The position numbers and the translations under genes are program-made. Shown here piece by piece: positions 1 through 9,670 of a stretch of 64,000 bases of DNA (the stretch's first letter is position 1; every line of letters begins with the position of its first letter). The notes under the pieces were generated by a model. It searched no databases and was not told where the DNA came from. It saw nothing but the letters and a program-made list of their open reading frames with translations. The DNA is from Oscillospiraceae bacterium (lineage in GTDB: Bacteria; Bacillota; Clostridia; Oscillospirales; CAG-382), in contig SVQU01000008.1 in NCBI GenBank assembly GCA_015065165.1, positions 3,324 through 67,323 of the forward strand, in the 5' to 3' direction.

Positions 1-343
1 TTTTTGCCAATTTTTCGTCGCTTATACTTTTAAAGGAGGAAAGCATACTTTCGAAATCCAAGTCTTCGGCGTTTTTCCGAGAAAACTTCGGAACGTCTAA
101 ATTCGGTTTATCGCCGATTAAAGAAAGTGCCAATTTTCCCTCCGCAGAGGAAATTACCGTTGCGGTAACGGCATCGCCTTTTTTAATAAAGGAACGTATA
201 TCCGAAATAAAATCCAAAGAAAGCTTGGAAATATGAATCATCCCGTTAGTGCCGTCCTCCAAACGGACAAACGCGCCGTAATCGGTAACACCGCACACCA
301 CGCCCGAAACCGATTCCCCAACAGAATATGCCAATATATCCAA
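1..343 (-). CDS. S1 RNA-binding domain protein (YabR-like); its 3' end runs off the window start
   Basis: Absent from the ORF track because no stop lies in the window. My reverse-strand translation reads LDILAYSVGESVSGVVCGVTDYGAFVRLEDGTNGMIHISKLSLDFISDIRSFIKKGDAVTATVISS, a typical S1 fold. TTG candidates lie at 343 and 334 after AAGGGG. It follows divIC, as yabR does in B. subtilis. Confidence 0.7.
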   Translation of the reverse strand, partial: MDILAYSVGESVSGVVCGVTDYGAFVRLEDGTNGMIHISKLSLDFISDIRSFIKKGDAVTATVISSAEGKLALSLIGDKPNLDVPKFSRKNAEDLDFESMLSSFKSISDEKLAK

Positions 344-355
344 CCCCTTAATAAC

Positions 356-643
356 TCAGTCTGCGATACCGTTCACGAAAATAATTTCGTGAGGCTTACG
401 AAATCCGAGCTGTTCGCGGGCGACGCGTTCGATATAACTGTCGTTAATAGGTTCGGCAATACGAAGCTCGAGCTCGTCAACGTCGTCCTGCAATTCGGCA
501 ACCTGCGCCACCTTTTCATCACGAAGCTTGCGAAGCTCGTTCATCTCTACCTGAAGATTAATAACCGAAACAAAAAGAAATATGAAAATTAAAGTGAACG
601 CAATTCTCACCACAAAATTAGCTCGTATAGGTTTCTTGTTCAT
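356..643 (-). CDS. divIC: Septum formation initiator, FtsB/DivIC family
   Basis: 95 aa with an N-terminal TM helix (VVRIAFTLIFIFLFVSVI) followed by a coiled coil (LQVEMNELRKLRDEKVAQVAELQDDVDELE) and IERVAREQLGF. Lies in yabQ-divIC-S1 synteny. Confidence 0.8.
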   Translation of the reverse strand: MNKKPIRANFVVRIAFTLIFIFLFVSVINLQVEMNELRKLRDEKVAQVAELQDDVDELELRIAEPINDSYIERVAREQLGFRKPHEIIFVNGIAD

Positions 644-1115
644 TTTTTATTCCTTTCTGTTTATAATTCCTGTTTTTTAACATTCCAAAGCCGTGCTTGG
701 ATTTTTTAACAACCCTACGGCAATAAATTTTTGTTTTTAAATATCGGCTTGCATTTAGGAGCATCCGCTTTAGACACGTCCTTACCGCCAAGGCAACGCC
801 GTTGATAAAATCGATAACCTTTCCCACCAGTGTTACGAAAAGCAGACCAACCGTTTTTCGCCAAAGGAAAAAGCCCAAAACCGCAAATACGAAGGCATAC
901 ACCCTGACCTTGCCAAAGGACAGATTGAAAAACAAAACCAGCATAACCGCGGTACAAACAAGGCAAAAGGCGAAATCCGCAAGAAAAAGCACAAGACCGT
1001 TTACCTTACGTCTTAAACGCAAAACGCGGAAAACATCATACACGGCGCAAAGAAACAATCCCGCAACAAACGCCCACAAGGCAAGAGAGGTTTGGACAAA
1101 AGTGCTATCCCCCAC
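618..1115 (-). CDS. yabQ: Spore cortex biosynthesis protein YabQ-like membrane protein
   Basis: 165 aa multi-TM protein (LALWAFVAGLFLCAVYDVFRVLR...). It sits between yabP and divIC and overlaps divIC by 26 nt. Confidence 0.65.
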   Translation of the reverse strand: MGDSTFVQTSLALWAFVAGLFLCAVYDVFRVLRLRRKVNGLVLFLADFAFCLVCTAVMLVLFFNLSFGKVRVYAFVFAVLGFFLWRKTVGLLFVTLVGKVIDFINGVALAVRTCLKRMLLNASRYLKTKIYCRRVVKKSKHGFGMLKNRNYKQKGIKNEQETYTS

Positions 1116-1118
1116 GGC

Positions 1119-1382
1119 TTATTTATTGCCGAAAAGCGAAAAACGCTTTTTAGGGGCGCGGTTATCAAAATATACCATAGCGGTGATAAGACCGCTAACC
1201 GATATATCGCCGCAATCCAGCGAAAGATTTTTCACCGAAAGATTCTCGCCGCTGATATTCAAAACGCAATCCCCCACGGAAAGACTGACCAAGCTTTCAT
1301 CAAAGCTTAAAACGTCATCCACCGCGGTGATATTCAAAATTGTTCTCGATTCAAGTGAAAGGGAATGTTTTTTGGAATTCAT
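1119..1382 (-). CDS. yabP: Sporulation protein YabP
   Basis: 87 aa. The LSLESRTILNITAVDDVLSFDESLVSLSVGDCVLNISGENLSVKNLSL pattern is typical of the YabP/YqfC family. Its position upstream of yabQ fits. Confidence 0.8.
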   Translation of the reverse strand: MNSKKHSLSLESRTILNITAVDDVLSFDESLVSLSVGDCVLNISGENLSVKNLSLDCGDISVSGLITAMVYFDNRAPKKRFSLFGNK

Positions 1383-1437
1383 ATTTAACCCTCCGTTTAT
1401 TAATCAATATGACGGAGGATTTATATTTATTCCGTTT

Positions 1438-1680
1438 TCATTCCAAAACCTCGTACATTTCGCTTGCTTCTGCTTTTTTGGTGGTTTCGTTTATGGCAAC
1501 CACGCGAAATTTGGTAACGCGAGAGCCGTAATGAACCTCGATAATATCGCCGATTTTAACGTCATAGGAGGGCTTAACGGCTTTTCCGTTAACCGAAACC
1601 AAATTTTCACCGCACGCCTCGTTGGCAACGGTACGTCTTTTAATAATACGGGATACTTTAAGATATTTATCTAATCTCAT
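1438..1680 (-). CDS. S4-domain RNA-binding protein (YabO/Hsp15-like)
   Basis: 80 aa with an MRLDKYLKVSRIIKRRTVANEA S4 motif. Confidence 0.85.
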   Translation of the reverse strand: MRLDKYLKVSRIIKRRTVANEACGENLVSVNGKAVKPSYDVKIGDIIEVHYGSRVTKFRVVAINETTKKAEASEMYEVLE

Positions 1681-1735
1681 ATACTCTAAAGGTCAGACAA
1701 GGCGGGGAAAACCCCGCCTTTATCGTAAAAATCAA

Positions 1736-2014
1736 TTATTTGTTAACTGCGTCTTTAAGGTCTTTACCTGCAACGAATGCGGGAGCCTTGGAAGCGGGGA
1801 TGGTGATGGTTTCCTTGGTCTTGGGGTTGCGGCCAACTCTTTCAGCTCTTTCCTTTACCTTGAAGGAACCGAAGCCAGCGATCTGAACCTTGCCGCCGGT
1901 AGCGAGTTCGGTTTCGATTGCTTTGAATACAGCGTTAACAGCTGCTTCAGCTTCTTTCTTGGTTTTGAGGTTTGCATTAGCTGCAACAAATTCGATAAGA
2001 GTAGACTTGTTCAT
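1736..2014 (-). CDS. hup: DNA-binding protein HU
   Basis: 92 aa with [11 protein letters not shown]...[44 protein letters not shown], the canonical HU signature. Confidence 0.95.
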   Translation of the reverse strand: MNKSTLIEFVAANANLKTKKEAEAAVNAVFKAIETELATGGKVQIAGFGSFKVKERAERVGRNPKTKETITIPASKAPAFVAGKDLKDAVNK

Positions 2015-2052
2015 AATTATAATCCTTTCAAAAATTAATATTTAATGATGAC

Positions 2053-2081
2053 ATTATAACATCATTTTACGTCATTGGCAA
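2053..2081 (-). promoter_or_regulatory. Sigma-A-type promoter for hup (TTGCCA-17-TATAAT on the minus strand)
   Basis: Reverse strand reads TTGCCAatgacgtaaaatgatgtTATAAT, about 40 nt upstream of the hup ATG. The -10 box lies inside a 7-bp palindrome, AATGATG...CATCATT. Confidence 0.55.
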
Positions 2082-2133
2082 GGGTTTTTTGCATTTTTTA
2101 CCTTTTTTTGCGATTTTTTGGGGATTTTGACTA

Positions 2134-2940
2134 TTATTTTTCCTTTGCTATAAGCCAAAAATGCTCTTTTTCATCACGGGGAGTATCCGAAACGCTTCTG
2201 CCCGAAGCCTTACAAAGCTCTTCTACCCTTTCGAAACGCGCCAAAAACTTCTCGTTTGCATTGAAAAGTGCCTGCTCGGAATCCACCCCCGCAAGCCTTG
2301 CCGCATTTACCACCGCAAGGAACAAATCGCCGAATTCTTCCTCAATTTCCGCCTTATTGCCCTTTGCAATAGCCTCGTTTACCTCTTTGACCTCCTCGGC
2401 AACCTTTAGCATTGCTTCGGGAGCATCATCAAAATCGAACCCCACCTTACGCGCTTTTTTGCCGATTTTTTCGGCGCGCATAAGCGACGGGAGTGATTGG
2501 GTTATAGAGCGCAAAACCTCGGTATCACTTTGTTGTTTTTTGGTTTCTTTTTTTATGGCATCCCAATTGGCAAGGACGTTTTCGCTATCCTTAACCTTAA
2601 CGTCGCCAAACACGTGAGGATGGCGAACGATAAGCTTTTGGCAAACGTCATTACAAACGTCCGAAACCGAGAAATGTCCGTTATCCTTGGCAATATTGGA
2701 ATGGAAAACCACCTGCAAAAGCACGTCCCCCAATTCCTCGCGGAGAATTTCGGGGTCGTTTTTATCGATACCCTCGATAAGCTCGTAGGTTTCCTCAAGC
2801 AAATCACGGCGGATGGTTTGGTGGGTTTGCTCTCTGTCCCAAGGGCATCCCTCGGGAGAGCGAAGTATTGTCATTATTTTAACAAGGTCCTCGAAATCGT
2901 ATTCCTTTTTCGAAAGTAATTCTTCTTTTAATTTAATCAT
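2134..2940 (-). CDS. mazG: Nucleoside triphosphate pyrophosphohydrolase MazG (tandem MazG domains)
   Basis: 268 aa with EGCPWDREQTHQTIRRDLLEETYELIEGI and a second repeat, EEFGDLFLAVVNAARLAGVD. Confidence 0.9.
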   Translation of the reverse strand: MIKLKEELLSKKEYDFEDLVKIMTILRSPEGCPWDREQTHQTIRRDLLEETYELIEGIDKNDPEILREELGDVLLQVVFHSNIAKDNGHFSVSDVCNDVCQKLIVRHPHVFGDVKVKDSENVLANWDAIKKETKKQQSDTEVLRSITQSLPSLMRAEKIGKKARKVGFDFDDAPEAMLKVAEEVKEVNEAIAKGNKAEIEEEFGDLFLAVVNAARLAGVDSEQALFNANEKFLARFERVEELCKASGRSVSDTPRDEKEHFWLIAKEK

Positions 2941-2941
2941 T

Positions 2942-4666
2942 TCAATCCTCTGTAACTTCCTCTGCGGGTTTTATCCAGCCAAGGCGCAAAAGTCTTGCGG
3001 CAAGCCAATTGCCAAAGGGCAACAATCTTACCTCGTCCTCCTTAATACCGCGGAACACAAGCAGTGCGGCGGCATAGGAAACCACCATAGCCACGCCCGT
3101 TACAAGCAATATAACAAAGGATGCCAAGCGAGAATCCCAAGAGGATGCAAAAAACGTCTGCCATGCGGAAACACAGCCCTTATACACGAAGTATGTAATT
3201 ATACCCGAAACTGCGCCGCCAAGCAAAGGTCTGCCGAACAGCCCCTGAATTTTCAATTTTACACCGCAATATTTACGGATAAACCACACGTCCAAAAGCA
3301 TTACCGCAAAATAGCAGATAAGCGAGCTGGCGGGCGCGCCGTAGATACCAATAGGACTTCTCAACAGCAAAACCTCGGAAACAACGAGAACAGCAATACC
3401 CACCAAAACGGCAATAAAGGGCAAATGCGCCTTGCCGTAAGCGTTAAGCAACGCGTTGCAGATAGACACGGCAGAAATAAAGAACACCGCAAAGGCAAGA
3501 ACAGCCAAGGAATTTGCCGCGGCATCTATAGGCAAAAGCTGGGTTCCGTTTGCCATATTAAGCGCTTCGGACCAGTTTTTAACACCGTAAATAAGCGAAA
3601 TGCAGGAACGGCCCGCAACAAACAGAAATATTCCGCAGGGAATGGCAATAATTGCCGAAATACGGATTGCCTGAGTGGTAAGATTACCCGCAGTGCGAAG
3701 CTTTTTAACGGCAAGCGCACCCGAAACGGCGGGCAAAATACTTATGCCTATGGGGAAAACCAAGGTAGAGGGGAACAAATCGTAAATGGGCACGGAAAGC
3801 CCCGTATATGCCGAAAACAGTGTTTGGGCAACCTCAACGCTCTCGCCCGAATCCACAAGGCAGTTTACTATTATAAGTGTATCAAGGAACTGTGAAAAAT
3901 AAAGAGTTGCCGCTGTAAAGGTAACGGGAAGCGCAACCACCATAATAAGCTTTAGAAGCTTTTTGTCCCTTTCCACGCCCTTATCGGTATCGTTAAGCAC
4001 GGTTTTTTTAGAAAACTTAAGATACAAAAGTGTAAACAACGTGCCCAAAACCGAGCCGACCGTAACACCGCTTATGGCGCAAGCCGCCTGAAGGGGTATA
4101 TCCGCCCCGTGGTTCTTTGCGTAAATAACCGCGCCCAACCCAACGGCAAACTTAAAAAATGCCTCGATAAACTGGGAAACAGCGGTGGGGTTCATATTGC
4201 GAAGCCCTTGGAAATGGCCTCTTATTGCCGAGCAAACGCAAATGAAAAACAACGAAGGAGCGATAACGCGCATTGCCAACGCGCTTTCGGTATGGTTTGT
4301 AAGACGGGCAATATCGGGGGCGAAAATTATAAGCGCCACCGTAAACAATAACCCCAATATACCGAAAATAATGGTTGCAAGCAGGGTTATACGCTTTGCC
4401 TCGTTACCCCTGCCCTTTTCGTTGCTAGCCGCAACAAGCTTGCTCACCGCAACGGGCAGACCGCTTGTGCTAAGCATAAACAGCATTGCATAGATAGAAT
4501 AGGCGGCGGTGAAAACACCGATACTGTCGCCCAAAATATTCGTAAGAGGTATCTTAAACACAACCCCTATAATTTTAACGGCAAAATTGGCGATTGTAAG
4601 AACAACCGCCTCACGGAGAAAGCTTTTTCCGTTTTTTGCCGCAGATTCTTTAATTTCGTTACTCAT
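2942..4666 (-). CDS. MOP-superfamily polysaccharide/lipid II flippase (SpoVB/MurJ-like)
   Basis: 574 aa polytopic membrane protein. The N-terminus, FLREAVVLTIANFAVKIIGVVFKIPLTNILGD, is typical of SpoVB/MurJ-type flippases. Confidence 0.8.
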   Translation of the reverse strand: MSNEIKESAAKNGKSFLREAVVLTIANFAVKIIGVVFKIPLTNILGDSIGVFTAAYSIYAMLFMLSTSGLPVAVSKLVAASNEKGRGNEAKRITLLATIIFGILGLLFTVALIIFAPDIARLTNHTESALAMRVIAPSLFFICVCSAIRGHFQGLRNMNPTAVSQFIEAFFKFAVGLGAVIYAKNHGADIPLQAACAISGVTVGSVLGTLFTLLYLKFSKKTVLNDTDKGVERDKKLLKLIMVVALPVTFTAATLYFSQFLDTLIIVNCLVDSGESVEVAQTLFSAYTGLSVPIYDLFPSTLVFPIGISILPAVSGALAVKKLRTAGNLTTQAIRISAIIAIPCGIFLFVAGRSCISLIYGVKNWSEALNMANGTQLLPIDAAANSLAVLAFAVFFISAVSICNALLNAYGKAHLPFIAVLVGIAVLVVSEVLLLRSPIGIYGAPASSLICYFAVMLLDVWFIRKYCGVKLKIQGLFGRPLLGGAVSGIITYFVYKGCVSAWQTFFASSWDSRLASFVILLVTGVAMVVSYAAALLVFRGIKEDEVRLLPFGNWLAARLLRLGWIKPAEEVTED

Positions 4667-4667
4667 T

Positions 4668-5519
4668 TTATATAAACTCGTACATAAGTGAATTTTCCGG
4701 GATATAATCGTCTGTCAATTGAGGTACAGGCTTTAACACTTCGATAAAACGGCGGGCGATTTTATAATTAGGACTGTCGGGCATAACCTTTCCCAATTGG
4801 AAAATCGCATCGTCGTTTAAAATACTTCTTTCGTAAGGGAAGAAGGTATTTATAGCAATATCCGCATATTTTTCGAAGGGCTCGATAGACTCCACCTCGT
4901 TCGCCTTGATATTTTTCCAAAGGGCGAACAAATCCTCCGCATCCGAATTGCGGTGTCTTGAATCTCTAACCAAGCGGCGCACAAAGCGGCAATCCACGTC
5001 GTCCCCCGCATCGGCAAAAAGATAAATGCCGAATACCTGCTTTTTATCGGGTTCGGTTTCGAAAAGCGAAAGGTTCAAAGCGTGCAACCCCTCGATAATA
5101 ACCACGTCCTTTTCGCCCAGAGTAATTGTGCGATAACCGTCGGTACGGAAAGCAGTTTTAAAATCGAACATAGGTATAGGAGTTTCCTTACCCGCAAGAA
5201 GGCTTGTCATAGATTTTTTAATCAAATCCACGCGAAGGCTGTTTATAGATTCGATATCTCTTGTGCCGTCGGGCAAATAAACGCTTTCGTCCATATTGCG
5301 ATAGTAATCGTCCAAGGAAACCATATGGCAATTTCTTCCGCCGTCGCGAATAAGCTGAGAAAGCTTGCGCGTTGTGGTAGTTTTACCCGCGCAAGACCCC
5401 CCCGCAATAAGAATTATTTTATAATCGCGGTTGTTACAAATTTTATCGGCAATCGATTGCAAAGCGGTTTCATAGCTTTCTTCGTCCTTGCGTATTTGTT
5501 CAATTATGCTTTGATTCAA
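4668..5519 (-). CDS. Uridine kinase-family P-loop nucleoside kinase-like protein
   Basis: 283 aa with Walker A IAGGSCAGKTTT, then SLDDYY and VIIEGLHALN, which suggest a uridine/cytidine-kinase-like fold. Confidence 0.65.
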   Translation of the reverse strand: MNQSIIEQIRKDEESYETALQSIADKICNNRDYKIILIAGGSCAGKTTTTRKLSQLIRDGGRNCHMVSLDDYYRNMDESVYLPDGTRDIESINSLRVDLIKKSMTSLLAGKETPIPMFDFKTAFRTDGYRTITLGEKDVVIIEGLHALNLSLFETEPDKKQVFGIYLFADAGDDVDCRFVRRLVRDSRHRNSDAEDLFALWKNIKANEVESIEPFEKYADIAINTFFPYERSILNDDAIFQLGKVMPDSPNYKIARRFIEVLKPVPQLTDDYIPENSLMYEFI

Positions 5520-7009
5520 TTAAAATCTTCCTTTCGAAACTGTTTAAAAAAGGCATCCGCCTCGTCAAATTTCAAGGGTTTATTATCATCAAGATATTCA
5601 AAGGGATATTTGGGGAAAGGATGTCTTAAAATCTCATCTCTTTCGGGGCTTACAAGCTTTGTTATTGCCCCCGCGCCGCAGGCGAACACGGTTGAATGCT
5701 CCTCCATCATAAGCACGTTATAAAGATTTTCCTTACCCGCCAAGGTATATCCCGTATTTTCAGCATTACCAACCGTATTTTTCTGTCTGTAAAGGTAATA
5801 GGGCATATAACCGCCCTGCTTTAAACGGTTGTTGGCATAGGAAACGCAGTTTCTGGCAAATTCGCCCTGAGGGTCATAAAAGCCGTCCCCCATAAAGCGC
5901 ATTGCCGCCGCGTTTTTTATTGAAAGTGTATGAACGGTTATATTGGAAAATCCAAGACCTATAACGTCCTCTAAGCTTTTGTTAAAGCTTTCCTCGGTAT
6001 CCCCCGGCAAGCCCGCTATAAGGTCGGAATTCAAAACGTCAAACCCAACCGAAAGTGCGGTTTCGGCAGCATCGAAGAATTGCTTTGCCGTATGCTTTCT
6101 GCCGATATTTTCAAGAACCTTATCGTTGGTTGTTTGGGGGTTTATGCTTATTCTGCCCACGCCGTTTTCTTTTACTGCCAAAAGCTTTTCTTTGGTAACG
6201 GTGTCGGGTCTGCCCGCCTCGAAGGTATATTCGGTTTGGGAATTTATATCCACGTTTTCGCTTATACAGCCAAGCAAGCGATTTATCTGGTGGGGCTCTA
6301 AAATCGAAGGTGTACCTCCGCCGATATAAATCGAGCGAACGTTCATACCCAACCTTTTAATAATATCTCCCGTTTCTTTTATATCCTGCATTAATTTTTC
6401 AAGATATTGGGGTATAAGCGAAAAAAGTCTTTGGTTGCTGTAAGAAACGAAAGAGCAATAATCGCAACGGGTTGGGCAAAAAGGGATTGAAACGTAAAAG
6501 CCGCAGTCATTGGGCTTTATATCCGCAAGCATTTTTTGCTGTAATGCCGCGGTTTCCACCGAAAGAAGGGATTTTTCCTGTGAAACCTCATAATCACGGT
6601 GAAAAAGATTTATAACCTCTTGGGAAGAATAGCCTCTATCCAAATAGAATTTGGCGCGCTTTACGGGGCGCAAGCCTATTATATAACCCCAGGGAAGCTC
6701 GAAGCCGAAAAGCCGTCTGCCTGCCTCTAAAAAGGCTTTACCCACAGCGTTCATAGCATAAAAATCGTCATCCATAGGAATAGCGGGGGTATAACCGCCC
6801 ACAAATTCCGCTTTGGCGCTTTTATCACCGCAACCCAAGGTTACTCTGGCTTCGAAAATATGCTTTTCGGTTTCCGCAAGATAAAATGATGCATAATTCT
6901 CACCCGTGTCCCCTGCGCGGAATTTTTCGCCGGGGAAATACAAAAGGCACATCATTTGAAAATAATAATCGTTTAAATAACCCGTGCGGTTATCAACAAC
7001 AAGCTTCAT
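5516..7009 (-). CDS. hemZ: Radical SAM coproporphyrinogen-dehydrogenase-like protein (HemZ/HemN family)
   Basis: 497 aa with a CxxxCxxC cluster motif (CPTRCDYCSF), GGGTPS, and a HemN-like C-terminal half. Confidence 0.75.
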   Translation of the reverse strand: MKLVVDNRTGYLNDYYFQMMCLLYFPGEKFRAGDTGENYASFYLAETEKHIFEARVTLGCGDKSAKAEFVGGYTPAIPMDDDFYAMNAVGKAFLEAGRRLFGFELPWGYIIGLRPVKRAKFYLDRGYSSQEVINLFHRDYEVSQEKSLLSVETAALQQKMLADIKPNDCGFYVSIPFCPTRCDYCSFVSYSNQRLFSLIPQYLEKLMQDIKETGDIIKRLGMNVRSIYIGGGTPSILEPHQINRLLGCISENVDINSQTEYTFEAGRPDTVTKEKLLAVKENGVGRISINPQTTNDKVLENIGRKHTAKQFFDAAETALSVGFDVLNSDLIAGLPGDTEESFNKSLEDVIGLGFSNITVHTLSIKNAAAMRFMGDGFYDPQGEFARNCVSYANNRLKQGGYMPYYLYRQKNTVGNAENTGYTLAGKENLYNVLMMEEHSTVFACGAGAITKLVSPERDEILRHPFPKYPFEYLDDNKPLKFDEADAFFKQFRKEDFN

Positions 7010-7455
7010 TTACGCAATTCCTTAGTGTCTATTATTACATTAATGGGTCCGTCGTTATGCACCGAAATGTCCATATGCGCGCCGAAAACGCCGGTTACCG
7101 TGGGCAAAACCTTGTTAATTTCCGCAGCAAGCATATCAAAGGCGCGTTTGCCCTCCTCGTATTTGGCGGCGTGAGTACAATCGGGGCGGAATCCCCTTGT
7201 TACCCTGCCCGCAAGAACGAAGTTGGAAATAAGCATAACACTGCCGCCAACGGCAGATGCGTTTAGAGAAAGCTTATCGTTTTCGTCCTTAAACACACGC
7301 AAGCCCGAAATCTTGTTTGCCATTTTGGCTATATCCTCATCGGTATCGTCATCGAAAACACCGATAAAAGCGATAAGACCTTTATCTATTTTAGAAACCG
7401 TTTCTCCGTCCACAACACAGCAAGCGCTGTGAACTCTTTGAACTACTGCTCTCAT
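7006..7455 (-). CDS. dtd: D-aminoacyl-tRNA deacylase
   Basis: 149 aa with MRAVVQRV...GLIAFIGV...SNFVLAG...GPINVIID. It overlaps both neighbours by 4 nt. Confidence 0.95.
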   Translation of the reverse strand: MRAVVQRVHSACCVVDGETVSKIDKGLIAFIGVFDDDTDEDIAKMANKISGLRVFKDENDKLSLNASAVGGSVMLISNFVLAGRVTRGFRPDCTHAAKYEEGKRAFDMLAAEINKVLPTVTGVFGAHMDISVHNDGPINVIIDTKELRK

Positions 7456-9656
7456 ATTGCTCCTCTGGAAACATCTCTCACACCCTTAATACGGTGCAAG
7501 CCGCTGATAATGTTACGCAAATGCTCAACACCGCTGCACTTAATACCAACGGTTATAACCATTTCGCCCTCGTTTTCGCGGGTTTGAATTGAGGTTACAG
7601 CCACCTTCATATCGTTTAATGCAAGAGTGATATCTGCGATTATATGAGGCGAATAGGTTGCAAAAATGCTAAGCACCGCCTCGAAGCTGCCGAAGTTACG
7701 AACGCCCAATTTTTCAGACCAGGATGCAACCACCCATCTGTCCTTATCCTCGGGGCGTGAAAGACCTGCCTGAGCGTTGGGGCAATCGTATTTATGAATA
7801 GACACACCGTAACCGCGGGTGATATAACCGATAATGTTATCACCGGGCAGAGGGTTACAGCATTTGGCAAACTTAACGGTGCATCCCTCTACGCTGTCAA
7901 CGATAACGCTTTCGGCATTATCGCGGGCACTGCGCTCGTATCTCGAGGGTTTTGTCTGTGTGGGTATGACAGGTTGAGCCACCTCGGTCTGGGGCGCAAC
8001 CACGCGCATAAATTCATCGCGAAGTTTTACCGCGATTTTAGAAATTGCAAGACCGCCGTAACCGATATTGTTATACAAATCCTCCACGTCGGGAAGCGAA
8101 AGACGGTTTGCCAAATTGCGCATAATTTCGGTCTTTTGCGCTTCGGTATAAGACCTGCCGTAGCGTTTAATTTCACGTTCCAGCTCAAGCTTACCGACCG
8201 CGATATTTTCTGCGCGGCGTTCCTTTTTGAAGAACTGCTTAATCTTATTTCGCGCCTCGCCCGAACGAACGATTTTAAGCCAATCGCGGGAGGGACCCTT
8301 TGAAGAAGCGCTGGTGAGAACCTCTACAATCTGTCCCGTTTCCAAAATGGTATTTATGGGCACGATATTACCGTTTACCTTTGCGCCCACCATTTTGTTA
8401 CCCACCGCCGAGTGAATTGCATAGGCAAAATCGATAGGTGTACTGTTATTGGGAAGGTTAATTACGTCGCCCTTGGGGGTAAATACGAAAATTTCGTCCT
8501 CGAACAGGTCTACCTTCAAGGGACGGAAGAATTCCTCGGGGTCATCGGCATCCTTTTCGGTTTCCAAAAGGGTGCGAATCCATTGAAGCTTACTGTCGAT
8601 ATTTTCTTTTGCCTGCTCGCCGGATTTATATTTCCAGTGGGCGGCAAGACCGTATTCCGCAATACGGTGCATATCCCAGGTTCTTATCTGCACCTCGAAG
8701 GGAATGCCCCTCGAGCCGATAACCGTTGTATGAAGGGAACGGTACATATTAGGCTTGGGGGTGGAGATATAATCCTTGAATCTGCCGGGCATAGAGTTGA
8801 ATTGCTCGTGGATTATACCCAAAGCGGTATAGCAATCAAGCTCGGTATCAACGATAATACGCAAAGCGTAGAAATCGTAGATTTCATCGAACTTTTTGCT
8901 TTGGTTATACATTTTTTTATAAATGCTGTAAATGGTCTTAACTCTGCCCGAAAGGGTATATTTTACGTTATAGGAATCCAGACTTTCGGCAACCTTTTGG
9001 GTTGCGAAATCAAGAAAATCCTTATTTTCGCCGTAGCGCTTCTGGATATCCTCCGAAACCTCGTTATATCCGATAGGGTCGAGATAAAACAAAGCAAGGG
9101 TTTCAAGCTCCTGCTTTATCTTCTGCATACCCAAGCGGTGAGCAAGGGGCGCGTAAACGTGCATTGTTTCCAATGCTATCGACCTTTGCTTTTCGGGAGA
9201 ACGAACGTCAAGGGTACGCATATTGTGAAGCCTGTCGCAAAGCTTGATAAATATAACGCGCAAATCCTTGCTCATTGCAAGGAACATTTTACGCAGATTT
9301 TCTATGCTTTCATCCTGCTTGGTTTCAAAGGGAATGTGAACGAGCTTTGTAACACCGTCAACAATTTCGGCAACGTCCGCGCCGAACTCCTTACGAAGTG
9401 TCTGCAAATCTACCTTTTCGGAGCAATCCTCAACGGTATCGTGCAAAAATGCGGCACAAATCGAATCGGTATCCAATTGGAGGTTTAAAACCTCCTCAGC
9501 AACCGAAAGGGGGTGGACGATATAATCCTCACCCGAAATGCGCTTTTGACCCTCGTGCAGACGGTCTGCATATTCGTATGCTTTGTATATTTTATCGTAA
9601 TCGTAAACGCCTGCCTCTTTAATTCGGGCAAACAGCAATTCTGCCTGTTTAAGCAT
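7452..9656 (-). CDS. relA: Bifunctional (p)ppGpp synthetase/hydrolase RelA/SpoT
   Basis: HD domain (AAFLHDTVED), synthetase domain (YRSLHTTV), then TGS and ACT C-terminal domains. I prefer the ATG at 9656 (AAGGAAAG 5 nt upstream) over the track's TTG at 9674. Confidence 0.95.
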   Translation of the reverse strand: MLKQAELLFARIKEAGVYDYDKIYKAYEYADRLHEGQKRISGEDYIVHPLSVAEEVLNLQLDTDSICAAFLHDTVEDCSEKVDLQTLRKEFGADVAEIVDGVTKLVHIPFETKQDESIENLRKMFLAMSKDLRVIFIKLCDRLHNMRTLDVRSPEKQRSIALETMHVYAPLAHRLGMQKIKQELETLALFYLDPIGYNEVSEDIQKRYGENKDFLDFATQKVAESLDSYNVKYTLSGRVKTIYSIYKKMYNQSKKFDEIYDFYALRIIVDTELDCYTALGIIHEQFNSMPGRFKDYISTPKPNMYRSLHTTVIGSRGIPFEVQIRTWDMHRIAEYGLAAHWKYKSGEQAKENIDSKLQWIRTLLETEKDADDPEEFFRPLKVDLFEDEIFVFTPKGDVINLPNNSTPIDFAYAIHSAVGNKMVGAKVNGNIVPINTILETGQIVEVLTSASSKGPSRDWLKIVRSGEARNKIKQFFKKERRAENIAVGKLELEREIKRYGRSYTEAQKTEIMRNLANRLSLPDVEDLYNNIGYGGLAISKIAVKLRDEFMRVVAPQTEVAQPVIPTQTKPSRYERSARDNAESVIVDSVEGCTVKFAKCCNPLPGDNIIGYITRGYGVSIHKYDCPNAQAGLSRPEDKDRWVVASWSEKLGVRNFGSFEAVLSIFATYSPHIIADITLALNDMKVAVTSIQTRENEGEMVITVGIKCSGVEHLRNIISGLHRIKGVRDVSRGAI

Positions 9657-9670
9657 AAAAACTTTCCTTA

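Noticed and set aside
802-1674. 290-aa plus-strand ORF spanning yabQ, yabP and the S4 gene
   Set aside because: It lies antisense to three well-supported minus-strand genes. Its composition is low-complexity and Lys/Arg/Thr/Ser-rich, and it has no RBS. It is a shadow ORF.
1699-1720. GC-rich hairpin AAGGCGGGG-AAAA-CCCCGCCTT downstream of hup, considered as an intrinsic terminator
   Set aside because: The stem is strong, but no U-tract follows on the minus strand. It may still attenuate or stabilise the transcript, but I did not list it as a confident terminator.
2813-3895. 360-aa plus-strand ORF
   Set aside because: It lies antisense to the MOP flippase gene. The translation is Arg/Gly/Asn/Cys-rich nonsense-like, with no start context.
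8412-9488. 358-aa plus-strand ORF
   Set aside because: It lies entirely antisense to relA/spoT, whose product has all canonical domains. It is a shadow ORF.
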